Assembly (NCBI RefSeq): GCF_018977255.1
Contig: NW_024704742.1
Location: 124,684,001 to 124,748,000 of the forward strand
Reading direction: 5' to 3'
Source of the DNA: Callorhinchus milii
Taxonomy: Eukaryota
DNA: 64,000 nt
The translations under genes were made by a program, and so were the position numbers. The notes below the pieces were generated by a model. That model did not search any database. It was not told the DNA's origin and saw nothing but the letters and a program-made list of their open reading frames with translations. Below are positions 25,012 to 37,243 of this stretch, one piece after another (position 1 is the first letter of the stretch; the number at the start of each line of letters is the position of its first letter).

Positions 25012-25380
25012 GTCAGTTTGGCTCAGTGATAGCACTGGTTGTGGGTTCACGCCCCCCTCTTTTGGGACTTGCAATCACATAGTCTTAGGTGATGCTCCAT
25101 TGCAGTGCTAGATGTGTGCTGCATTGTTGGAGGTGCCATGCTTCAGATGAGACGTTAAACCGAGGCCCCACTTCCCTGTTCAGTTGGATGTTAAAGATCC
25201 TCTGCGGCGCTATTCAAAACGAGAAGGGAGTTTCTCCTGGTGTCCTGGCCAACAATCCCCTAACATAAAATTGGTCATTCGTTTCATCGCTGTTTGTGGG
25301 ACACTGCTGTGCGCAACTGGGCTGCCGCGTTCACCTACAAATACACAGTCCCTACACTTCACAGTAAATCCTTCGCCAGT
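25012..25380 (+). mobile_element. Deu-domain SINE (SacSINE1/AmnSINE1-like)
   Basis: tRNA-like head plus central gatgagacgttaaaccgaggcccc...taaagatcc...ggtgtcctggccaac, matching the Deu domain as recalled. Related fragments at ~3118, 15560, 24660, 26060, 43300, 46860 and 53385. Confidence 0.7.
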
Positions 25381-25446
25381 AAATCCTATGAAAGAGGTTA
25401 TACCACATGCAAGAGTCACTATTATTGAATTGTAAAAGCATAGTTC

Positions 25447-25770
25447 AATAATAATAATAATAATCCTTGCATTTGATATAGCGCTTTTCACGTCAGGAGG
25501 ACGTCCCAAAGCGCTTCACAGAACACACTGTAAAGTGAATTGACTGTATATTTGTGGGCGAACGCGGCAGCCAATTGCGCACAGCAATGTCCCACAAACA
25601 GTCGTAGATTGAAAATGACCAATTTAATTATTGTTTTGGGTTTTTTGGAGGGATTATTATTAGGCGTGTGGAGTAAGGAAACTTGCCCAAGGTTTCGCCC
25701 TGCCTGGAATTGAACTCAGATCTCTCACTTGCAAAGCGAGTGCTCTAACCACTGAGCTACAGGACTCCAC
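25447..25770 (-). mobile_element. tRNA-derived SINE, youngest short subtype
   Basis: Near-identical to 9301-9616; flanked by caata on both sides. Confidence 0.95.
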
Positions 25771-27758
25771 AATATACATCTCAGACATACAGACCAGGAA
25801 TGACCTGCATTAAACTCCACAAGCCTATCACCCCCATCCTCGCCAGCTCCACTGGCTCCTCATCCCCAGAGGATTGAGTTCAAGATTCTTGTCCTCACTA
25901 AATCGCCTCTGGGCATCTTCCCTCACCCTCCCTCTCTCCCCCACTGGCCTGTTCGGATGCAAACCCTCAACTGTGCAGCGCCTTGAGATGGCCTCCCGAT
26001 ATGAAAGCTATTTAAATGCAATTTAGTATTTCTGTTGATGTTTAATATTCACCTGAATAGGCACAAGCAGAATCTCAGTTGCACCTCTGCCGAGACAGCA
26101 GTCTCCAAGTACTACAGCAGAGTGTCAGCCTAGACTTTGAGCTCCGTGTGCCAATATGAGGTTTGACCCACAACCTTCTGACTTAGAGGTGAGAGTGCTA
26201 TCAAGTGAGCCAGGCTGACTCACTGAGACAGGCTGAGACAACTGCAGGATCTCTACAATTGCTTTCAATGTCTCTGGAAGATCACCCAGGGCTTGTGCTC
26301 TTGATGAGTGACTCCTGTTGGAATGTGTGTCGGGATTGCGTGGGGAAGGTCAATCTGAATTCTGATGTCACTCCCTCTCCTTCCTTACCACACAACTTCT
26401 GAGCTCACACATTAACAATGGCTACTTGGGCAGGATATCAATGACCAGCTGGTTACTATGGAAGCGAATGCAGGCATGAGTCAAAAAAGAATAGAAGAAG
26501 GGAGAAAATTTAAGAAAATTATGAAAATAGCACTAACTTCTCAGGACAGCTCGCAATACCTCAGACCAAGGCGTAATGTTAACTATGCAGCTTACTTGTG
26601 TGAAGCACTGGTCAACCATCAAAAACAGCTTAGGTTCCATTTGAACCTCAAGGATTCCTGGTTATTCTCCCTCCTCTAATTCCCTCCCCCACCCACAATG
26701 AGAGTGGAGGGTAGAGGCGACACACCAGAATTTGAGTGCAGAACCTTTGTTGTCTTGTTTCTCTACTATTACTATATTGTTACTACTCATCATTCCCACT
26801 CCCTCTTTGGGTGCCCAGTCAATACTGTAAAGCACTTTGGGAAGTTCCCCCAACATGAAAGGTGCTATGTAAATGTAAATTTTTATTGAATTGTAGGTAT
26901 GCTAATGCAAGCTATTAGTACACCTTTAATATGGAGGTAATATTATAAATAACATAGAGTCTTGCCATTACCTGAAGGCAATAGAACTTCTTGTCACACT
27001 CCCATTTGTAACAAGAGCAAACACGATCATGAATCAGTGACTTTCCACACACAAGTTGTGCCTCTTATTAATTCAGGGCCAATTCACAAATGCAAAAGCA
27101 CTGTTCACTGGCAAATATATGGGATTATGTTGCAGTACATGACTGTGTACTGTGTTTGTTTAGCGTTTGTATGGAGTTTGTCTAACAAGCTTGTGTTCTG
27201 TGTTTTCAAGCACCGCAGAAAACAAATCCATACCAGACCAAAAAAAATTCTCTTGTAACTTCACCATGATTTACCAGCTATAAAGCTTAAAAGAGATCAA
27301 CGAGAGAGAGAGGGTAAAATGAAAGATACATTCATCAGCTAGCTCTGTGTTGCCAACTCACGCCTCCCACTGAATTTGTAGTCGGGTTTAAATCTTTCCC
27401 AAAAAAGCTGAGATCAGCATTTCAGAACTCAAAATTCCACTGTGCAAACAATCCTATTCACACTGAGCTCCACTACTGTTTATGGATATTCAGTTGCAGC
27501 CTGACAAACAGCGACAGATATATTTAAGCTCCATTATGATTAAATATACAATGAAGCACTTAACAAAACACTCTTGTTTTTAAGGCGTTCATTTTCTTTT
27601 CAAAGTTACGCTGCAGTTAGCCATTAATAGAATAGAAAACCTGAAGCTCATTGATAGGTAATAGATCAACATGGAGAGAGAGAGTGTGAAAGATGGAGAA
27701 CCCTCCCAAAATTTCCATCCATATTCATCTCACTCAGAAATCCATCTCCTGACTCCAA

Positions 27759-28100
27759 GTGGAGTCCTGTAGAGTAGTGGTTAGCATGATCACCTGGCAA
27801 GTGATAGGATCCAGGTTTGATTCCCGGGTGGGGCAAAACCTTGGGCAAGTTTTGTAACTGCACATGCCTGTGTTTACCTAGCAGTAAGAACCTGATTGTT
27901 AGTCGATTGCCGTATCGCTTTCCAGGGATAATATTCCCTCAAAAAAAATTGTTTACTCAATCCAAAACTGCTTGTGGGACACTACTGTGTGCAATTGGCT
28001 GCCGTCCACAAAATACAATCAATCTATTATAAAATATATTCTGTGAAGCGCTTTGAGATGGTTTAAGGATGTGATAAGGGGCTAAATCAAATAGAAGAAA
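27759..28100 (+). mobile_element. tRNA-SINE, long older subtype
   Basis: Diverged full-length copy. Confidence 0.85.
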
Positions 28101-28580
28101 TATTAAGTTATAAAGCTGTGTTCCATTCTGTTAATCTTTAACTGTCGATGCATAGAAATACAGAGGAATATGAATTTGGAAAGAGTATTCAATCACACAT
28201 CAGCAGGCACAGTAATATGAGTCAAGACCAGACACAAAGCAAAGCTTTTTTTCCTATCCGCAACACCAGAAGTTTTGTTTTTGTAAAAAAAAGTTGTCAT
28301 AATAATAATAATAATCCTTACATTTGATACAGCACCTTATCAAGTCGTCGAGACGTCTCAAAGTGAATAAACCGTAAAGTGGACTGACTGTGTATTTTGT
28401 GGGTGTCACTTTTAATACGAACCTTTAATGTGGATTACAGCCAGATATTTTAAAAAATATAGTGTTCAATGTGCCCTTACGTTAAACTTTCCCCAGCAGC
28501 CTTTCCCCAGACTTCAATGCACTAAAAACAAGCATAACAGGTACAAACAGGTGACTTTCAGACAAGTCTCAGATCCTTAC

Positions 28581-28626
28581 CGTGTATGAGGAGTAAGAAA
28601 CAAACGATTCTTCTGTTGCGACCCAT
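28581..28626 (-). CDS. ITGA2: Integrin alpha-2-like, coding exon 1 (signal peptide start MGRNRRIVCFLLLIH-G)
   Basis: Minus strand reads ATG GGT CGC ... ATA CAC G|gtaagg (46 nt, phase 1). It joins exon 2 in frame to give a basic/hydrophobic signal peptide MGRNRRIVCFLLLIHGTLLLQPSQA before the mature FNV start. Confidence 0.8.
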
Positions 28627-28728
28627 AGCTGCAATGTGAGCTCCAGCAGATTAAAGATCTCTCTCTCTCTCTGTCTCTCACAGCACAAGAGGAAAATAAT
28701 CTGACGTCCTGGTTTTGTATGTTCCTCC

Positions 28729-28920
28729 TGCTGCCTCCACCTCACCTTTTGCTGCCTCCACCTCACCTTTTGCTGCCTCCACCTCACCTTTTGCTGCCTC
28801 CACCCTCACCTTTTGCTGCCTCCACCCTCACCTTTTGCTGCCTCCACCTCTCCTTTTGCTGCCTCCACCCTCACCTTTTGCTGCCTCCACCTCACCTTTT
28901 GCTGCCTCCACCTCACCTTG
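28729..28920. repeat. Minisatellite, 9 copies of a 21/22-bp unit TGCTGCCTCCAC(C)CTCACCTTT
   Basis: Directly visible tandem array; six 21-bp and three 22-bp units. Confidence 0.97.
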
Positions 28921-28929
28921 TTGTTGGCT

Positions 28930-29110
28930 TCACTCACTGTCTCTCTCTGTCTCTCACTCTCTGCTGCTTCTCTCCTGTTCTGACACTGCTCTTGGTGTCA
29001 TGTTAACCGCACCTTCTCAAAACGTTTATCACAGAAACTAATTTCGAGGAAGGGCCAACCCCTTCCTTACACTCACTCACACACACACCACAGGAAATGG
29101 GGATAATAAT
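28930..29110 (-). promoter_or_regulatory. Putative ITGA2 proximal promoter
   Basis: Repeat-free sequence upstream of exon 1 with RUNX-like (AACCGCA, ACCACA), ETS-like (CAGGAAA) and GATA (TTATC) motifs. The TSS is unknown. Confidence 0.35.
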
Positions 29111-29503
29111 AGAGCAGCTACTGTGTGGGATTTGTGTGTTGCTGCTGTCTCATTCTGGCTCTCCCCGACACACACGAATATCAGCAACATTCAAGGACAT
29201 CCTATCAAATAACTGGGGATATTTGGTCTGGATGCTTTATTATGCGATCTGCAATGGACCTTAAACACTTCTGTTCTTGACGCCGATTGTTAGAGCAGCC
29301 CAAACAAGTCACATTTTCAGTGTTGCATATACAAAGTGAGAATACTCCATGTTCCAAATCTCTGCTTCACGCCTGAAATAATTGCATTTGAAAGTGATGT
29401 GATGCCATTTTTTTTCACATCTTTGTTTTGAAAGCACTTCTGGGCATATGAGGTTATATTGACTGGATAAAACACTAGGTTTGGAGCTGTTGATTTGGGT
29501 GTT

Positions 29504-29823
29504 ATAATAATAATAATAATAATCCTTGCATTTGATATAACGCTTTTCACGTCGGGAGGACGTCCCAAAGCGTTTCACAGAACACACTGTAAAGTGAATT
29601 GACTGTATATTTGTGGGCGAACGCAGCAGCCAATTGCGCACAGCAATGTCCCACAAACAGTCGTAGATTGAAAATGACCAATTTTTTAATTGTTTTTGGA
29701 GGGATTATTATTAGGCGTGTGGAGTAAGGAAACTTGCCCAAGGTTTCCCCCTGCCTGGAATTGAACTCAGGTCTCTCGCTTGCAAAGCGAGTGCTCTATA
29801 ACCACTGAGCTACAGGACTCCAC
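29504..29823 (-). mobile_element. tRNA-derived SINE, youngest short subtype, ~0.9 kb upstream of the ITGA2 ATG
   Basis: Full length, CTCCC-loop hairpin. Confidence 0.95.
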
Positions 29824-30383
29824 ATTCTGTCAGTTCTGCCAGTTCTGTCACTGGAGCTAAGAGAGTGATTGTGGGGATAAAAAAGCACTGGGATTTGTCA
29901 GCCTATGTCCTCGCCCCTGTTGTGTAGCTCAGGGTTAACCAGTCAGCTCACATTTCCTGCAAAGCAGACCCTCCATTTATAGACGCTGAGGCAACAACTT
30001 GGGTCACTGTCTGGTTATCTTCCTCCGCCTGCACCTTGCTTGTTCAATGGGGAGGAAACTGCTAACTGGAACTGATGATTGCCACAGGCAATAAACTGGT
30101 TTTACTTTGCACAAGTGTGTCCACAATCCAACCTCTTTTTTGCAAACTGGCATCTTTTAACGAGGCGGATTCTTAGCCAGATTTTGGAGTTCACTAACTG
30201 TATGTCAATGTACATTATAATACATTATAGTAAATTACAAAATAATACTAATACTACTAATAATAATGTGATCACTCAATCCACGACTATGGGACACTGC
30301 TGTGAGCAATTGGCAGCCGAGTTTCACCCTCAACATAAACAGTCAATTCACTTTGCAATATATTCTGTGATGCGCTTTGAGAC

Positions 30384-30555
30384 AACAACAAGATTGTATT
30401 TATAGAGCGCCTTTCACGTCGGGAGGACGTCCCAAGGCGCTGGACAGTTGGGTCGGGACCTGAGCAGGGGGGAAATGATCAGGGTGAGGGGAGGGAAAGG
30501 AGGGAGCGAGGAGGTGGTAGAGAGTCGAGAGGGGAGGTGAAGGCACGGTTGAAGA
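30384..30555 (-). mobile_element. Short young L2 3' end inserted in an older SINE tail (SINE ~30265-30610)
   Basis: GAGAC duplicated at 30379-30383 and 30556-30560. Confidence 0.88.
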
Positions 30556-32509
30556 GAGACGTCTCAATGATGTGATAAGGCGCTATATCAAATGCAAGTA
30601 TTATTATCATTTTATTGGCAGGTTGTTATTATTATATCCACTTTTCCAAGGATAATTATAACTAAAGATATTTATTGTGAAGTGTTTTGAGACATCTAGA
30701 AGATGTGAAAAGTGCTATATCAAATGCAAGGATTATTATTTTTATTATTATCTCACTTAAAGCAACTGGGTTAAGATTTTTTTTGGTCAGCCGGGTATCT
30801 GACACAAATGCGGAAACCCATCACCATGAGTATAAAAGTATCCAATCCAAACTTTTGGACAGCTGGGTTACCGACACATGCGGGAAACCCATCATCCCCA
30901 GTGTTATGAAGAGTGAGCTCGGAGCAGCCATTAGATAAAGCTTGGGCTCTTCAGCCTTGAAAAGAGACATCTGTATGATTGTAAATTGAGAAGAAATTAA
31001 AAGGACTAATCTGCTCAGCTTCAGAATACTAATAATGCCCTGGTCCATAAGATTCAGGATCCTTCACAGTATGGTCATTGACCATTCTCGTGCAATGGGA
31101 TTGTGTATCTGATACCAGCTGCTGATTTGCAAGAACTAATTATGATGTAAGGAACTGATGCAGCCTGCTGAAACCGCAGAACTAAAACGATATGATGATT
31201 TATTGTTTAAGCTTTGCGAAAAACAGGAAATAGACAGAAGATATAATCCTGGTAAAATGTTAATATATACATGACATGAAGAGTACATAGGTTGGAGCCA
31301 TCCATACTATGATAACCAAATAATGTATAAAAGGTTAGAGAGTCCGTACTTGAGCTGAGCTGAAGACAATCGAGAAGTCTTCGCAGGTTTGCAGGACAGA
31401 CATGTATTGTATTATCTGTTCTGTACTATTACGGATCCAAATCCCTGACTGTTCAGCACTTTGGGATGTCCTCCCAACTTGAAAGGCGCTATACAAATAT
31501 AATTTTGTATTTTATTATATTAGCTAATGCAATCTAACTGGTTGATAGTTTTACCCGCTCGAAGTCTATCAGATTCTAATAAATCTATCGAACATAATAG
31601 AGTTCAGTCTCATGATGATTTGAGAGTGAGAATGATTTATTAAGAACCCAACACATACATCTCAGAGAAGATCTTATAGAGGTATACAAGATTCTAAATG
31701 GGATTGAGATGAATCCAGAACAATAGTTTCAGATATGCCAACGCAGCAAAACTAGAGAGTGTAGATTTAGGGATGTAAAGAGCAATTTCAGGATAAACGT
31801 CAGGAATTTTTTTTTACCTAGAGGGTAATTTACCACTAGAACTGGCTACCAGGAAAGTTGTTGAGGCTGAAATTAACCAATTCTCCACAGTACACAATGA
31901 TTTCTCTGCTGCTGGACTCTGGAAGACCCAGGAGATTCTTAATCGGGTAGAAAGTGAATACAACAATGAGAGTGATGCCAAATAAGCTTCACAAATCATT
32001 GCTCCTTCTTTACACTTAAACCGGCAGCATTTTGATATAGCGTGTTTCACGTTAGTGGGATGTCTCAGTGCACTTCACACCCTACATTGCAGCATGTAAT
32101 TTCTGTGCATTTTGTAGGTAAACGTGACTCAAACTTGTGTCTCAAAAGCTGACGTGGCACCATACCATACTCGGAAGAACTGGCTGATGAGGAATTTTGA
32201 CTTTGACCTTTATATAGCTCAAAAAACTCAAATGAGCTCTGGCCCTTTTACAGAAGGCTGAAATGGGATTAGTGTAGGAACTGAAGTCCAGTGGTTTGCT
32301 GTCTGTCAGGTTTGTGTGCTGCAAGATTTGTCTCTAATTATGCACCAGTTCAAATCATTTTGCAAACTAGACCCCAATATGTACTTTGATCTTCTGTAAC
32401 AATAAATCAGCACCGGAAAACATGTACAGCTTCATAGGCTCTTGCACAGTCTTTTTAATGTGCTTCAAGACGTTCTCCCAATGATGAAAGCTGCAATATA
32501 AGTGTAAAT

Positions 32510-33330
32510 TCATAGAATTGTACAGCACAGAAAGAGGCCATTTGTCCCATTGTGTCTGTGCCGGCTCTTTGAAATGAGCTATCCAAATCAATCCTACTCC
32601 CCTGCTCTCTTCCTATAGCCCTGCAAAGTTGTCCTCCCCAAATAATTATCTACTTCTCTCTTAAAAGCTGTTATCGAATCGGCTTCCACCACCCGTTCAG
32701 GCAGCGCATTCCAAATCCGAACAATTTGCTGTGTCAAAAAATTTCTCACCTCCCCTCTTTATCTTTTAACAACTGTTTTAAATCGGTGTCCTCGGGTTAC
32801 CGACCCACCAGTTGAAATAGTTTCTCCCTGTTCATCCTATCGAATCCCCTCCTAATTTTGAAAACTTCTATTCAGTCTCCACTTAACCTATTCTGCTCCA
32901 AGGAGAATAATCCTAGCATCTCTAGTCTCTCCTGAGAACTGAAATCCCTCATTCCTGGTACCATCCTGGTAAATCTCCTTTGCACCCTCTCCAATGCCTT
33001 TACAACCTTCCAAACATGTGGTGCCCAGAACTGAACACGGTACTCTAGCTGAGGCCTAACCAGTGTTTTATAAAGGTTCATCATAATTTCCTGACTTTTG
33101 TATTCTATGCCCCTATTTATAAAATCTAGTATCCTGTATGCTTTTTTAACAACTTTATCTACCTGTCCTGCCACCTTCAAAGATTTGCTTATATGAACCC
33201 CCAGGTCTCCCTGTTCCTTCACCCCCTTTAAGATTCCAGCTTATATTGCCTCTCCTCATTCTTCCTCCCAATTTTCCCATTCTTATTCTTGATTACACTA
33301 CTATTCGTCTCTCCCAGCCATCTATGTAAC
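32510..33330 (-). mobile_element. CR1-clade LINE 3' part
   Basis: ORF 32872-33222 contains YKTLVRPQLEYRVQFWAPH...LERVQRRFTRMVPG. Confidence 0.92.
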
Positions 33331-34340
33331 TTGTTGTATTGCCTCTCCAAACCAGAACACAGTATCTTAAGTATGATCTCATCAACGCATTGTAAAATGT
33401 GTAGTAACAAAATCTGACTGCTGTACTGTGGATACACCTGAAAGGTAATAATAATCCTTGCATTTGATGTAGCACTTTCCTAGATGTTTTCTAGATGTCT
33501 CAAAGTGCTTCACAGAATATACTGTAAAAAAGAATTGACTGTATATTGCAGTCACACCAAATAGATGTTCACTAATAATGATACGGTAGAGACACACCTT
33601 GTGTTAGCAATAGGTGTGTTTTCTCTGTCACAGACTAATTCCCATCACAGTAATGCAGTGCTATCTCCGACAGGCAGTTTTTATGACATAGTTACTGTTG
33701 ACTAAGAGATTACAAATTATGAAACAGGAAATGACCAATTAACTCAACCGAACCTATTGCTGATTTAATCTCCTGAGAGAAAGATTTATTTCTCTGAGGA
33801 TCAGGAGTTTTTGTTGACCAGGATGTACTGAGGCTGCCAAATACGGCTACATTATTAATATTTCATGCTGAATTAGAGGAACAAATCTGGGGAAAAAGTC
33901 AGTAATCAGCAGTACAGTGCCTCTATCTGTAAACTCAAAGGTAGGTGAGTCTGTCTCTCCGTGACACCCCTGCCCTTGACTCACTAAAAAGGAGTGGGTT
34001 TTATTGCTCTGTGAGCTCAGTTGGAGAGTTTCCTGCATTTCCTAATGCAGAGGAACTTCATTCTAATGTGATTATCTGGGTCAAATAACTCAGAGGCCGT
34101 GTTATCTGTGATGCATAAAAATTGCCAACTTTCAGGCTATCTTATCACCACTGATGTCACATCCTGCATATTGCGTGCATATGCAATATATGCAAGACGT
34201 TCCGCTGATGTTACTTCCTGTGAGCTGCGCATGCGAGCCATGAGCAATAAGTACTGTTGAATGCATGACTCAACGTAGCACTTCCTCTGCTTACAACAAA
34301 CTGATCTTAGGTCCTCAAAACCTATTGAAGAGAAAGATAC

Positions 34341-34698
34341 ATAATAATAATAATCCTTGCATTTGATATAGCGCTTTATCTTGTTGGTGAGAAGCTTCAC
34401 AGAATATACTGTAAAGTGAATTGACTGTATATTTTGTGAGCAAAACGCGGCAGCCAATTGCGCACAGGAGTGTCCCACGAACAGTTGTGGATTGAGTGAC
34501 CAATTTTTAAAAGGGATTATTAATCAGGGAAAGGTAATCCGCCAATCAACTAGCAACTGGGTTCCTATTTACTGCTATGTAAACACAGGCATGTGGAGTA
34601 AGGAAATTTGCCTAAGTTTTCGCTCTGTCCAGGAATCGAACCCAGATCGTCCTGCTTCCAAGGCGAGTGCTCTAACCAATACATTACAGGACTGCACA
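34341..34698 (-). mobile_element. tRNA-SINE, long subtype
   Basis: Family match from tail to head. Confidence 0.88.
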
Positions 34699-37243
34699 AA
34701 ATTACGATTACTCAGGTTTTACAAATTAAATGACTGTTTATAATATCTGTTTACCTTAGCAAACTTCTTAAAGTTATGATGTTACTGCAACATTTAACTC
34801 GCATTTAGAGTTTAACCCGCAGCTATTCTGTATGTTCATTGTTGCAGTTTATAATTCCCCGTTTTGAACAGTAAAATAAATATTTTTCTTTTAAAAACAA
34901 ATATTTATGGGTCTTCATTCATATATAAACATACAAGGAAGTAGCAAGATACAGTGTTTATTTTGTATATTCCAACATTTAATCTGGTGCACAATTGATA
35001 TTACATACACCGCATAACAATTAAGTGCTAGTAGATTTCTCAGTTCAGTGCTTCCATTGACGTAGCAAAACTAGGTTTTCCTGGTGTCTAGTCCGCCTCC
35101 ATATTGTCCTCAAAATACTGTCTTGTATAAGAGTGGACATTAAGTCATTGGGGAAAGGGGAGGGGGGAGGAGGAGGGTTGCAAAATAATACAAAACTTAC
35201 ATTTCAATTTTATTCAGAGTTGAGTGTAAAAAAATAAATGTTTAGCGCATTCTTTATTTCCATTTTTTATGCAAATTTCAACTTTGGGCCTATACAGAAC
35301 ATTGCAATTTAGAAAGCATAGGGTTGAAAAATGTGATATAATTATCTTGTTATCAAAAAATTATAATCATGCCAGTTGGTGATTGATGAATATGAACCCT
35401 TGACCTGAAATGTTAACTCATTTTCCTCTCCATGGATGCTGCCTGAGCTGCTGCGTGTTCCCAGCGACTTCTGTGTTTAGACTAGATCTGCAGCACTTTA
35501 TCTTTTGTTTTATGAATATGAAATCTTCCTCCAACCCTTCACAAGCGGTGTTTGCACCTGAAATAGTCCCCAAACCTCTGTAGGCCATCACACGAAGTGT
35601 GGCGCTTGAGTGGCAATTTATGGGATACTAGATTGGGTTAAGGTGGTACCTCAATGATAACTAACATCACATTGCAGTGTTCATGCTATGTTTCCGCCTT
35701 AACAACTATATGGTCCATTTTTAAAAGACCAGTCAAATGCCCTTTGGTGCTGTGGACACTCCAAATTGACACTTATATAGAGATAATCCAAACCCTTTCC
35801 AAATTGGATAATGTTAGTAGAAAGATGCAATTTAAAACATGGATATTCCAGCATCATCACATTCAGTAACAATTATTTACAAAGCATGTTTATAATGCTG
35901 AAACCAGTGCTTTCTTTAAGAAAAAGATTAAATGTATGAAATACACCTGGACCCTAATTCTGTCCTTCCTCTGGCATGTTGTGAAAATAGCTGTACCCAG
36001 GTCTAGACATTGTATACACATGATGGTTTGTTGTTACTGCTTAAATCTCCAAAGCGATACAGAGGTAGATATTATAATGCACTAATGCATCGAGGAGTTT
36101 AGAGATTGAGGGAAGTTGTAAGAGAAAAGATTGACTGAGATGTTTCTGTAACTTTTATTGAGGTTATTTACCCTCCAGTGAAAGGTACAAAGGCTTCTCA
36201 GTGTGCTCCAAAGTGCCCTGTTCTTCCCAATGTGCTACCAGCTGAATTCCCTGTGTGATAAAAAGCAGATCTAATTCCTGATTTTTGCCAGTCACTTGAC
36301 TGATCACCAGAAACACATGATAGAGATTGGGCAATTGAATCCCAAACCAATTTTCTTTCCTTTCACTAGCCAGGACTGAATGCTGAAAGTCATTCTGATT
36401 CAGACCTCAGAGGAGGAGGATAGCAAACTTACATTTTATGATTCCATTGTCATTTGTGTTATTGCTTAAATCACAATATAACTGCTTTGCGATGTATCCT
36501 TTGCTTAAAACAAAGTTGTAAACATTTGATAGCTTCACTGGATATTTCTTGTTTTTTAGAGAGAACTCCAAATAAAAAGGAAAATTAAAAACCTGGAATC
36601 ATTTTGCAGATGTTTTTCAAAGTAACCTATTCCCCAGATTGATAATGAGAAATGTGTTTCTTGATATAGACGACAATATAATCATTTGGATGTAAGGCTC
36701 CCATTCATAGGTTTGCTGTTTGATTTTTCACAAAGAAATCTGAATTCTGTGAATCAACAGGACGTTCCTGCAGCCCCCCATCACTGCACAATGTGATTAA
36801 GAGCAGAGGAACAGATAACAAAAACAAAAGGTGCTCAGAAAATGCGAACACATATTTGCTGGGTAACCCGTTTAGCTATTTGGGTCCAAATAATTTTGTT
36901 GTCTTGTAATACTAATTCACTTAACAGTATACACAATATTTACAGTATATTCTGTGAAGCACTTTGAGATGTCTCAAAGACGTGATAAGGCACTGTATCA
37001 AATGCAAGAATTATTATTATTATTAATATCTGATGATGACAATTTATCCTGAAGGAAAGATGAAGTTTACAAGCATGAAGTTTGGATGAGATGTGAAGGT
37101 GCATAAATGCTGGGTAAAAACGGTTTTGTACAAGAACAAAATTTAATTGCTACTGGCCATAAAATCAAATGCAAAATCATTAGCAACTTCATATTGAGAT
37201 TTTTACCACACAGTTTGGAAACATTATCTCATCACTTCATATC

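Noticed and set aside
10839..28580. Nested PELO gene in the large first intron
   Set aside because: PELO lies in ITGA1 intron 1, which is outside this window. No PELO-like ORF is present in this intron.
28729..28920. CRISPR-like array, and the low-complexity ORFs 28569-28787, 28715-29041 and 28719-29006
   Set aside because: Units are contiguous with no unique spacers, there are no cas genes, and the context is eukaryotic. The ORFs are translations of the minisatellite.
31150..31180. CTGATG...GAAAC hammerhead-like motif
   Set aside because: The core reads CTGATGC rather than CTGANGA, and flanking stems are absent.
35380..35510. Penelope-type terminal fragment with a possible hammerhead ribozyme
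   Set aside because: Resembles a common chondrichthyan repeat end, but the CUGANGA core reads TTGATGA and no stem II can be formed. Not supportable as a ribozyme.
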